Shown: positions 9,574 to 18,229 of the stretch, in pieces
How the letters are laid out: every line of letters begins with the position of its first letter
Numbering within the stretch: the first letter of the stretch is position 1
Assembly: GCA_027021705.1 (NCBI GenBank)
Contig: JALUTT010000176.1
Location: 1-64,000 of the forward strand
Length of the DNA: 64,000 nt
DNA from: Anaerolineae bacterium
Lineage (GTDB): Bacteria; Chloroflexota; Anaerolineae; S140-20
Direction of reading: 5' to 3'
Program-made: the position numbers and the translations under genes
The notes under the pieces: model-generated
Told to the model about the DNA's origin: nothing
Seen by the model: only the letters and a program-made list of their open reading frames with translations
Databases searched by the model: none

Positions 9574-10935
9574 ATGGAAGAAGAAACCCAACTAGTTCCC
9601 GAGGAAGAAGCTGCCGAGGTCGTCGAGGAGGTCGCCCCTCCCGAAGTGGAGGAAGCGATCCCCATCCCACCGGCTCCGCCGCCGCGCCGGGGGTGCCTCT
9701 CCCGGATCGGGTTCCTGCTCCTGGGGGGGCTGGGGGCCAGCCTGCTGACGGTGGCGGTCGGCCTCGTCGAGCCCGTGGCCCGGGCGGCCATCGCCGATCC
9801 CGGCCATACTGCCCTCCTACGGGCGGCCAGCCGTCCATCCATCGCCGTGCTGGAAGTCACCGTGGTCCTGGCAGCCCTGGTCTTCCTCTTCGGCCTCCTC
9901 TCCGACTACATCACCCGGGGAGCTGTCCTCGCCCTGGGGACGCTGCTGGGCGTCATCGCCTTCGCCATCGCCCACCTGAACCTGAGCGGATGGCCGGCTG
10001 TGGCCCGCTGGATCACCTGGGAGACCGCCTTCTGGCTGATGCAGGTGGGGCTCCTGGCCTACTTCCTCAACCTGGTCCACCTGGCCTTCCTGCCCCGCCT
10101 CCGGGCCACCCTGCTGGGCCTCTACCTGACCCTGGGCTCCCTGGCAACCTACCAGGGCTACCGCTGGCTCTTCCCCCAGTTCGGGCGAAATCCGGGCAGG
10201 ACCGAGTGGATCGGCGCCGGCCTGCTCCTGGTGGGCTTCTTCCTCGCCGGCCTGATGATGCTGGTCGTCTTCCTGCTGGAGCGGGCCGGCGGGGAGGTTC
10301 AGGAAGCCGAAGCCCCCTCCCGGCTGAAGATGCGCACCCTGCTCCCGGCCCTCCTCGTCCTGGCCGTCCTGTACGGTTCCGTCGCCCTGGCCTGGGAAGC
10401 GCTCCCCGCCTTCTTCCGGCAGGAGCTGCGCTTCAGCCGGGCAGCCTGGCCTCGAGCCCAGGAACTCTACGCCCTCTTCGGCGGCATCGCCCTCCTGGGC
10501 GGGCTCCTCTCCGACCTGGTGGAGTGGCTGATGGAGCGGCTGGTGGAGGTCTCTCTCGGCCGGCGGAGCGTGGCGGCCCTGGGGGCACTGCTGATGGTGC
10601 TGGCCGGCGGCGCCTACCTGGTCATCGGGGCGGAGCGCCCCCTCGCCATCCTGGTGGGGGTGATGGGCGGCGGGATGGCCTTCGTGATGGTGGGGGTGCT
10701 CGCCTCCGTGGGGGATGTGATGCGGGCGCGGCGGAGCGGCCTGGCCGCCGGTCTCGTCTACGCCGTCGCCTTGGGGACGGCCGCCGGCCTCCGCTTCGCC
10801 TACGTGCGGCTCTGGGCCAATCGGCTGACCACCGCCCTCTTCATCGTCCTCCTCCTGGCCGGCGCCGGGCTCGTCCTGTCCATCCTTTGGACCGTCATCG
10901 GCCTCGTCACCGCCCGCCCCCACACCGCCGAGTAG
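9574..10935 (+). CDS. Polytopic membrane protein, MFS-like
   Basis: About 12 hydrophobic segments, GLLSD...LGRR motif-A-like loops, acidic/Pro-rich N-terminus. Confidence 0.65.
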   Translation: MEEETQLVPEEEAAEVVEEVAPPEVEEAIPIPPAPPPRRGCLSRIGFLLLGGLGASLLTVAVGLVEPVARAAIADPGHTALLRAASRPSIAVLEVTVVLAALVFLFGLLSDYITRGAVLALGTLLGVIAFAIAHLNLSGWPAVARWITWETAFWLMQVGLLAYFLNLVHLAFLPRLRATLLGLYLTLGSLATYQGYRWLFPQFGRNPGRTEWIGAGLLLVGFFLAGLMMLVVFLLERAGGEVQEAEAPSRLKMRTLLPALLVLAVLYGSVALAWEALPAFFRQELRFSRAAWPRAQELYALFGGIALLGGLLSDLVEWLMERLVEVSLGRRSVAALGALLMVLAGGAYLVIGAERPLAILVGVMGGGMAFVMVGVLASVGDVMRARRSGLAAGLVYAVALGTAAGLRFAYVRLWANRLTTALFIVLLLAGAGLVLSILWTVIGLVTARPHTAE

Positions 10936-10980
10936 CAACGCAGCACGCAACCCGCAACCATGTAGCACACGACACGTCCT

Positions 10981-12348
10981 ATGGCTGAGTACGGAGACCC
11001 CCTGAGCGAACGGGAGATCGAGGTGTTGCGGCTGGTGGCTCAGGGGAAGACAAACCGGCAGATCGCCAGCGAACTCTACCTGAGCGTCAACACCGTCAAG
11101 GTTCACCTGCGCAACATCTTCGCCAAACTGGGCGTCGAATCGCGCACCGAAGCGACGGTCGTGGCCATCCAGCGCGGCTGGGCCGAGGTAGAGGGAGTGA
11201 GCCCCCCGACGACACCGTCGGAGGAAACGGCAGCCCCGGCGGAAGCCCCACCGGCGGCGGAGTCACCTCCCGCCGAGCCCTCCCCGTCTGTGGAGGTGCT
11301 CACCCTTCCCTGGCCCCTGCGTCTGGCCCTCGTCGGCGCCGTCCTGGTGACCGCCTTCCTGCTCTGGGCGACCTGGCCCCGGGCGGGCGGTGAGACCGTC
11401 CGCTCCGCCAGCGTCTTCCGGGACACCCCCACCGAGCGGGCGGGAGGGGGAGCCATCGGCAACGGCTCCTCCTGGCAGCCGCTTCCCCCCTTGGCGATCC
11501 CCCGGGACCGGTTGGCCCTCGTGGCCGAAGAGTCGGGCCGGCTCATCGCCATCGGCGGCGAGACGACCACCGGCGTCACCGGGGCCGTCGAGGTCTTCGA
11601 CCCCGTCGCCCAGACCTGGCGGACCGGCACCGACAAGCCGACCCCCACGGCCAACATCGCCGCCGTCTGGGTGGACGGGCGGGTCCTCGTCCCCGGCGGC
11701 TACACCGCCGATGGCCGCCCCACCGACCGGGTGGAGGTGTACGACCCCGACGCCGACGCCTGGAGCGAGGCCGCCCCGCTGCCGGAGCCCCTCTCCGCCT
11801 ACGCCCTGACCGCCTTCGAGGGGCGCGTCTACCTCTTCGGCGGGGCCGGCCTGCGGGGCTACGTCGCCACCACCTACATCTACGACCCCCAGGCCGACCG
11901 TTGGAGCCGGGCGGCCCCGCTGCCCACCGCCCGGGGCTTCGCCGCCGCCGCTCCCCTCAACGGGCGCATCTACGTCGTCGGCGGGTTCGACGGCGGACGG
12001 GAGTACCGCACCTGTGAGGTCTACGACCCGGCGGCCGACCGGTGGGCCTCCTGTGCGCCGATGATCCTGGGGCGGGGCGGGCTGGGGCTCGCCGCCGTCG
12101 GGGGCTTCCTCTACGCCATCGGCGGGGGCTGGACGGGCTACCTGGCCTTCAACGAGAAGTACGACCCGGCCCGAGACGTCTGGCAGCCCATCGAAACGCC
12201 CCTGACCGGCGAATGGCGCAACCTGGGGCTGGCCACCACCTCCGTCTCCCTCTACACCGTAGGGGGATGGAGCGGCGAATACCTGCGCACCGCCCAGGTC
12301 TACGACGCCCTCCCCTTCCGCATCTTCCTGCCGGCCACTCAGCGATGA
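10981..12348 (+). CDS. LuxR-type HTH + TM + Kelch-repeat protein
   Basis: LSEREIEVLRLVAQGKTNRQIA...TVKVHLRNIFAKLGV, one TM helix, then about six GG...YDP...W Kelch repeats. Confidence 0.9.
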   Translation: MAEYGDPLSEREIEVLRLVAQGKTNRQIASELYLSVNTVKVHLRNIFAKLGVESRTEATVVAIQRGWAEVEGVSPPTTPSEETAAPAEAPPAAESPPAEPSPSVEVLTLPWPLRLALVGAVLVTAFLLWATWPRAGGETVRSASVFRDTPTERAGGGAIGNGSSWQPLPPLAIPRDRLALVAEESGRLIAIGGETTTGVTGAVEVFDPVAQTWRTGTDKPTPTANIAAVWVDGRVLVPGGYTADGRPTDRVEVYDPDADAWSEAAPLPEPLSAYALTAFEGRVYLFGGAGLRGYVATTYIYDPQADRWSRAAPLPTARGFAAAAPLNGRIYVVGGFDGGREYRTCEVYDPAADRWASCAPMILGRGGLGLAAVGGFLYAIGGGWTGYLAFNEKYDPARDVWQPIETPLTGEWRNLGLATTSVSLYTVGGWSGEYLRTAQVYDALPFRIFLPATQR

Positions 12349-12349
12349 T

Positions 12350-12735
12350 TGGGTCGCGTGGTCGGATGGTCGGCGGTCGGTCAGGCAGTCCTCAGTCCTC
12401 AGTCCTCCGCTTGGTCAGGTGGTCGCGTGGTCGGGTGGTCGGGTGGCCGGGTGGTCAGTTGGTCGGATGGTCGCGTGGTCGCGTGGTCGCGTGGTCAGGT
12501 GGTCAGGTGGCCAGGTGGTCGAGTGGTCGCGTGGTCAGTGGGTCGGATGGTCCTTGGGCCTTGCCCCCTGCCCCTTGCCCCTTGCAACTTGCAACTTGCC
12601 CCTTGCCCCTTGCAACTTGCAACTTGCCCCTTGCCCCCTGCTCCTTGCCCCTCGGCCCTCGGTGCCTTCCCTTGGTCAAGCGGTCGGCCGTCGGCGGTCG
12701 GCGGTCAGCGGTCGGCCAGTCCTCAGTCCTCAGTG
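12350..12735. repeat. Mosaic of 7/8-mer short tandem repeats
   Basis: (GGTCGCGT)n-like octamers, then (CTTGCCC/CTTGCAA)n, (CGGTCGG)n and (GTCCTCA)n heptamers. Confidence 0.9.
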
Positions 12736-13381
12736 CCTCTTGTGCCCTCCGTGTCCTCCGTGTCTCCCACCGCACCATCCTGGTTTTGATCACCAAGCCC
12801 ACGACGGACACGAAGGACACCACGAGGACGCAGAAGCCAAATCCATATCCCTTTGTGCCCTTTGTGCCCTTCGTGTCTTTCGTGTCTCCCACCGCACCAT
12901 CCTGGTTTTGATCACCAAGCCCACGACGGACACAAAGGACACCACGAGGACACAGAAGCCAAATCCATATCCTTTTGTGCCCTTCGTGCCCTTGGTGTCC
13001 TCCGTGTCTCCCACTGTATCGTCCTGGTTTCGATCACCGAGCCCACGACGGACACGAAGGACACCACGAGGACACAAAAGCCAAATCTATATCCCTTTGT
13101 GCCCTTCGTGCCCTTGGTGTCCTCCGTGTCTCCTACCACACCATCCTGGTCTTGATCACCAAGCCCACGACGGACACAAAGGACACCACGAGGACACAGA
13201 AGCCAAATCCATATCCTTTTGTGCCCTTCGTGCCCTTGGTGTCCTCCGTGTCTCCCACCGCACCATCCTGGTTTTGATCACCAAGCCCACGACGGACACG
13301 AAGGACACCACGAGGACGCAGAAGCCAAATCTATATCCCTTTGTGTCCTTTGTGCCCTTCGTGTCCTTCGTGTCCCCCACT
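12735..13381. repeat. 122-bp tandem array (~5.3 units) of palindromic REP-like elements
   Basis: TCACC(A/G)AGCCCACG at 12790, 12912, 13034, 13156, 13278. Each unit has GACACGAAG-type 9-mers facing CTTCGTGTC-type 9-mers. Confidence 0.95.
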
Positions 13382-13445
13382 GCACACCGCCGGCCGCTGG
13401 CTGCTACGCCACTGCGCCGCTACGCCGCTAGCCGAAAAAAGGGGG

Positions 13446-13475
13446 TTGACGGCCTGGGGCCTTCTGTGGTATAAT
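13446..13475 (+). promoter_or_regulatory. Sigma70-type promoter
   Basis: TTGACG-N18-TATAAT with a TG extension. Confidence 0.7.
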
Positions 13476-13527
13476 CTGCTCGCTTTCCAGGGAGGCGGGT
13501 GGTCAGACCACCGCTCTCGGGGTGCCT

Positions 13528-14862
13528 ATGATTGAAACATTGAAACCTCCGCCTGCCGGTCAGGTCCGCGAAACCGCCCGGCCGCCGGAGGAGGGGCTGC
13601 GAAACCAAGAGATGTACCGCGTCGCCAAGGCCATCGGCGCCACCTGGGCCCGGGAGGGCCTCGAAGGTCGGGAGCCATGGTCGTTGGACGATCGCCTGCG
13701 TCAGGCCCTCGCCCGGGGCATGGCCTGGCTCGTGACCACGGGCTGGCGGGTCATGGCCGACTGGCGAGCCCTGGGGCCCGTCCTGACCCGCTACACAGCT
13801 CACCTGACGGTCCTCCTGCTCGCCCTCGCCGTCCTCCTCCTGGTCGGCACCGACTTCTCCCCGACCTCGGTCACCCCCCCCTCCCTCACCCTTTCGGAAC
13901 ACGCCCTCCAGCGTCCGGCAGCGCTCCCCGCCTCCAGCCTCGGCCACGTCGGCGGCCCCTCGAAGCCGGTGGGGGTGCTCGCCTCGCCGCCGATGGAGCC
14001 CCCCAGCATCCTCACCCGGATGGCAGTCCCCACGACGACCATCCCCGTCCGGCCCCGCCGCGATGTAATCACCTACACAGTCCAGCCGGGGGATACCATC
14101 TTTGGCATCGCCGGCGCCTTCGGCCTGGCCCCGGAGACGATCTACTGGGCCAACTCGGAGACCCTCCACGACAACCCCCACCTGCTCCGTCCGGGGATGG
14201 TCCTCTACATCCTCCCCACCGACGGCATCTACCACACCGTCCAGGCCGGCGAGACCATTGAGGGGCTGGCCGAGAAGTACGGTGTCGAGCCTGAGGCCAT
14301 CCTCAACGCCGAGTGGAACCATCTGAAGCGGGGACAGCCCCTCCAGGAGGGCCAGAAGCTGGTCATCCCGGGCGGTAAGCGGGAGTTCGTCGTCTGGCAA
14401 CTGCCCAAGTACGCCAGTTCCGGCGTGCGGGGCCGGGGCAACACCGGCCTCTGCCGTGGCCCCTTCACCGGCGGCATCATCGGTCGGGGCATCTTCACCT
14501 GGCCGACGGCCGGCCGTCGCATCTCCGGCTGGTACTTCCGGGACCGCCGCAACCCGGCCCACGGCGGCATTGACATCGGCCTGCGGCTGGGCGATCCCGT
14601 CTACGCCGCCGACAACGGCCTCGTCGTCTACGCCGGCTGGAACACCTGGGGCTACGGCAACCTGGTCGTCATTGACCACGGCAACGGCTGGCAGACCTGG
14701 TACGCCCACCTAAGCCAGGTCAACGTCTCCTGCGGCCAGTCGGTCTGGCAAGGCGGGATCATCGGCCTGGGGGGCAGCACCGGTAACTCGACCGGCCCCC
14801 ACCTCCACTTCGAGAGCCGCTACGAGGGCAAGCCCGCAGACCCCCTCAGCCTGCTTCCCTAG
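13528..14862 (+). CDS. Membrane-anchored 2xLysM + M23 peptidase
   Basis: YTVQPGDT and HTVQAGET LysM starts; HGGID, YAHL, STGPHLHFE. Confidence 0.92.
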   Translation: MIETLKPPPAGQVRETARPPEEGLRNQEMYRVAKAIGATWAREGLEGREPWSLDDRLRQALARGMAWLVTTGWRVMADWRALGPVLTRYTAHLTVLLLALAVLLLVGTDFSPTSVTPPSLTLSEHALQRPAALPASSLGHVGGPSKPVGVLASPPMEPPSILTRMAVPTTTIPVRPRRDVITYTVQPGDTIFGIAGAFGLAPETIYWANSETLHDNPHLLRPGMVLYILPTDGIYHTVQAGETIEGLAEKYGVEPEAILNAEWNHLKRGQPLQEGQKLVIPGGKREFVVWQLPKYASSGVRGRGNTGLCRGPFTGGIIGRGIFTWPTAGRRISGWYFRDRRNPAHGGIDIGLRLGDPVYAADNGLVVYAGWNTWGYGNLVVIDHGNGWQTWYAHLSQVNVSCGQSVWQGGIIGLGGSTGNSTGPHLHFESRYEGKPADPLSLLP

Positions 14863-14927
14863 CGGCCCCTCAGGTGAGATCCCGTGGACCACATCCCGCG
14901 TTCCCCTCGGCCACTCGGAGAGAAATC

Positions 14928-16157
14928 GTGATCGAAGCGACGATACCCGATGATACCCCCTCGTCCGAAGAGGCCATGCCTTCCGGTCCGAGCTTCGCCC
15001 AGGACCTGGATGTCCGGCTGCGCCACGCCCTGGCCCGGCTGATCGCCATCCTGGTGACTCGGGCCTGGCAATTGGCTGCCGATTGGCGGGGGATGCGCCC
15101 CTTGCTCAGCCGTACCACGGCTCACCTGACCGTCCTCCTCCTGGCTGGCCTCGCCTTCCTCCTGCGCGACGCCCCCTTCCAGGCCGTGGCCCGGGAGTGG
15201 TCCTCTAACCCTCGGCCGGCCATTGCCGCCAGACTGGCCGCCTCTTCCTCGACCACCGATCCCCACAACGCCGCCTCGATGAAGAAGGCCGAGAGCACTT
15301 CCGGTCTCCTCCAGGTCACCGTGCGCGACCTCCAGGGAACGGGAGGGCAGGCGCTGGGACCGGCCCTCCTCACCCGGCGGGCAGACCCCAGGACGATCAT
15401 CCCCCGGCGCCCGCGCCGGGGGGTCATCACCTACACCGTCCAACCCGGCGACACCGTCCAGAGCATCGCCGACGCCTTCGGATTGCAGCCCACCACCTTA
15501 ATGTGGTCCAACCCCGCCGTCGAGACGGCCCCCGACCTCCTGCGCATCGGCCAGGAGCTGATCATCTTGCCCGTGGACGGGGTCTACCACACCGTGGAGG
15601 AAGGCGACACGCTGGAGAGCATCGCCGAGAAGTACAAGGTCGAGGTTTCCGCCATCGTCGAACTCTCCTACAACCGCTTGGAGCCCCCCTACACCCTGGA
15701 AGCGGGGATGAAGCTGATCGTGCCCGGCGGCAAGAAACCTTACGTGCCCAAGAAGGTGACCAACTACACCGGGCCGGTGCCCCAGGGAGCGCGTGGGACC
15801 GGACGCTTCCAGTGGCCGGTGCTGGGCGTCATCACCCAGAGCTACTGGTGGGGACACCGGGCGCTGGACATCGCCGCCCCGACAGGAAGCGCGGTGCTGG
15901 CCGCCGACGGTGGGTTCATCAGCTTCGCCGGTTGGACCGACATCGGCTACGGCTACCTGATCGTCGTGGACCACGCCAACGGCTTCGCCACCTACTACGC
16001 CCACCTGAGCAACATCTACGTCACCACCGGCCAGGCAGTCAGCCGGGGCCAGGTGATCGGGGCCGTGGGCAGCACGGGGAACTCCACGGGGCCTCACCTC
16101 CACTTCGAAGTCCGCTACAACGGTGCGCAGCAGAACCCCTGGGCCTATCTGCCTTGA
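14928..16157 (+). CDS. Membrane-anchored 2xLysM + M23 peptidase (tandem paralog)
   Basis: Same architecture; HRALD, YAHL, STGPHLHFE. GTG start chosen by alignment with the paralog. Confidence 0.92.
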   Translation: MIEATIPDDTPSSEEAMPSGPSFAQDLDVRLRHALARLIAILVTRAWQLAADWRGMRPLLSRTTAHLTVLLLAGLAFLLRDAPFQAVAREWSSNPRPAIAARLAASSSTTDPHNAASMKKAESTSGLLQVTVRDLQGTGGQALGPALLTRRADPRTIIPRRPRRGVITYTVQPGDTVQSIADAFGLQPTTLMWSNPAVETAPDLLRIGQELIILPVDGVYHTVEEGDTLESIAEKYKVEVSAIVELSYNRLEPPYTLEAGMKLIVPGGKKPYVPKKVTNYTGPVPQGARGTGRFQWPVLGVITQSYWWGHRALDIAAPTGSAVLAADGGFISFAGWTDIGYGYLIVVDHANGFATYYAHLSNIYVTTGQAVSRGQVIGAVGSTGNSTGPHLHFEVRYNGAQQNPWAYLP

Positions 16158-16165
16158 GGGCGGCG

Positions 16166-16513
16166 ATGAGCGCGGATCGGGTGCCCCTCACGACCGGTGA
16201 GGACTTGGAAAAGCAGCTCCAAGAGGCCTCGACCCCCGTCCTCGTGGCCTTCTGCGCCTCCTGGTCCGGTCCCTCCACGATGCTCTCCCCCCTGCTGGAG
16301 GAGATCGCCCAGGAGCAGGCCGACCTCCTCCAGGTCGTCAAGGTGGATGTAGACGGGGCGAGGCACCTGGCAGCCCACTATGGGGTAAAGCAGTTGCCGA
16401 CCCTGCTCCTCTTCCGAGAGGGCAATGTCGTCGCCCGCCTCATCGGCTACATGCCCCGAGAGCGACTCCTCTCTCGCCTCCTTCCCCTCATCCGCCCTGA
16501 GAGCAGCCCTTAG
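16166..16513 (+). CDS. Thioredoxin-fold protein lacking CxxC (WSGPS)
   Basis: PVLVAFCASWSGPS...VKVDVD...YGVKQLPTLLLFREG; C-terminal part of ORF 15503..16513. Confidence 0.85.
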   Translation: MSADRVPLTTGEDLEKQLQEASTPVLVAFCASWSGPSTMLSPLLEEIAQEQADLLQVVKVDVDGARHLAAHYGVKQLPTLLLFREGNVVARLIGYMPRERLLSRLLPLIRPESSP

Positions 16514-16599
16514 AGCAGCCGTTCACAGTTGCCTTTCTCCCCACAACGTGTTACAATTTCAACCACCACTTATCCAATTTCCCCTCTCAGGAGTCCGAG

Positions 16600-17982
16600 A
16601 TGCGGAACGCAGCTCTGGCCTATGCGGAGTCTCAGCGAGACGCCTTCCTCACCCAGCTCTTCGACTTCCTGCGCATCCCTAGCGTGAGCACCCAGCCGGC
16701 CCACCGCCCGGACATCGAACGGGCAGCCCGGTGGCTGGCAGACCATATGCGGGCCATCGGCCTGACCCGGGCCGAAGTCCTCCCCACCGCCGGCCACCCC
16801 GTCGTCTACGGGGAGTGGCTGGAGGCCGGCCCCCAGGCCGAGACCATCCTCATCTACGGCCACTACGACGTGCAGCCCCCCGATCCGTTGGACCAGTGGC
16901 TCTCCCCGCCCTTCGAGCCCCAGGTCCGCGACGACAACCTCTACGCCCGGGGAGCGGCCGACGACAAGGGCCAGCTCTTCATCCACCTCAAGGCCGTCGA
17001 GTCCTACCTGAAGGGGGCGGGTCGGCTTCCCGTCAACGTCAAGTTCATCCTGGAGGGCGAGGAGGAGAGCGGCAGCGGCGGGCTGGAAGCCTTCGTGCGG
17101 GCCGAGCGGGATCGCCTGCAGGCCACCGCCATCCTCGTCTCCGACAGCCCGATGCCCTCCCCCCAGCAGCCGGCGCTCCTCTACGCTTTGCGCGGGCTCA
17201 CCTACATGGAAGTCACCGTCCAGGGACCCGATCACGACCTCCATTCGGGGAGCTACGGCGGTGCGGTGCGCAACCCGGCCGAAGCCCTCTGCGGCGTCCT
17301 GGCCCGCCTCAAGGACGAGGAGGGCCACATCACCATCCCCGGCTTCTACGACCGGGTGCGTCCCCTGGAGGCCGAAGAGCGGGAGGCGCTGGCCCGGCTG
17401 CCCTTCACCGAAGCCCGCTTCCTGCAGGAAACGGGCGTGCCGGCCCCCTGGGGCGAGGCCGGCTACACCGTCCTGGAGCAGATCACCGCCCGTCCCACGC
17501 TGGAGATCAACGGCCTCGTCAGCGGCTACACCGGCCCCGGCTCCAAGACCATCATCCCCGCCACCGCCGCTGCCAAGATCAGCATGCGGCTGGTGCCCGA
17601 CCAGGACCCCGAGGAGATCGCCCGTCTCTTCACCGAGCACGTCGCCCGGCTGATGCCTCCCCAGGTCCGCGCCACCATCGAGACCCGTCACACCGCCTGG
17701 CCGGTGCTCATTGACCGCCACGCGTCGGCGATGGAAGCGGCCGCCCGCGCCCTAGAAGCGGTCTTCGGCGCTCCCCCCGTCTACACCCGGGAAGGCGGCA
17801 CCATCCCCATCGTCGCCACCTTCCAGCGCCAACTGGGCGCTCCCGTGGTGCTGATGGGATTCGGCCTGCCCGACGACAACCTGCACGCCCCCAACGAGAA
17901 GTTCCACCTGCCCAACTTCTATCGGGGCATCGCCGCGTCCATCCATTTCCTGGCCGAGATGGGGGCGCTGAGGACCGGATGA
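16600..17982 (+). CDS. M20 family dipeptidase
   Basis: YGHYDVQP, ARGAADDKGQ, EGEEESGS, DLHSG, HAPNEK. Promoter TTGCCT-N17-TACAAT at 16529-16557. Confidence 0.95.
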   Translation: MRNAALAYAESQRDAFLTQLFDFLRIPSVSTQPAHRPDIERAARWLADHMRAIGLTRAEVLPTAGHPVVYGEWLEAGPQAETILIYGHYDVQPPDPLDQWLSPPFEPQVRDDNLYARGAADDKGQLFIHLKAVESYLKGAGRLPVNVKFILEGEEESGSGGLEAFVRAERDRLQATAILVSDSPMPSPQQPALLYALRGLTYMEVTVQGPDHDLHSGSYGGAVRNPAEALCGVLARLKDEEGHITIPGFYDRVRPLEAEEREALARLPFTEARFLQETGVPAPWGEAGYTVLEQITARPTLEINGLVSGYTGPGSKTIIPATAAAKISMRLVPDQDPEEIARLFTEHVARLMPPQVRATIETRHTAWPVLIDRHASAMEAAARALEAVFGAPPVYTREGGTIPIVATFQRQLGAPVVLMGFGLPDDNLHAPNEKFHLPNFYRGIAASIHFLAEMGALRTG

Positions 17983-18058
17983 GAGAGAAGGAGAGTCAGC
18001 GACCAATCGTTCTCCTTCCGTTGTAGACCCGTATACCCTTTTTGTGGTAAGATAGCGG

Positions 18059-18178
18059 GTAGCTGTTCACCCTCCCGCAGGTTAGGCGCGTCTCCGACGC
18101 GAAACCGTGCTTCAAATAGTCCATCGGGGCTGAAAGCGCCCTCGACCGGTGACCCGCGGGAGGGTAGGCCATAGATAC
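18059..18178. mobile_element. MITE copy 1 (IS66-type ends)
   Basis: GTAGCTGTTCA...ATAGATAC ends; flanks GATAGCGG/GATAACGG (8-bp TSD, one mismatch); near-identical to copies at 23201 and 28965. Confidence 0.85.
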
Positions 18179-18229
18179 GATAACGGCACCGTTCGTCCGC
18201 CCATTCTGAGTTGTCGAGGAGATCTGGTG

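Noticed and set aside
7110..9860. Long antisense ORFs (also 48092..50437, 4242..5594, 42378..43949 and others)
   Set aside because: Shadow frames expected from high-GC codon bias opposite well-supported genes.
12735..13381. CRISPR array, or the protein-coding ORFs listed across 12349-13474
   Set aside because: The full 122-bp unit is duplicated with no unique spacers; the ORFs are translations of repeats without RBS or sensible composition.
16262..16276. Selenocysteine recoding in the thioredoxin active site
   Set aside because: The codons are TCC (Ser), not TGA.
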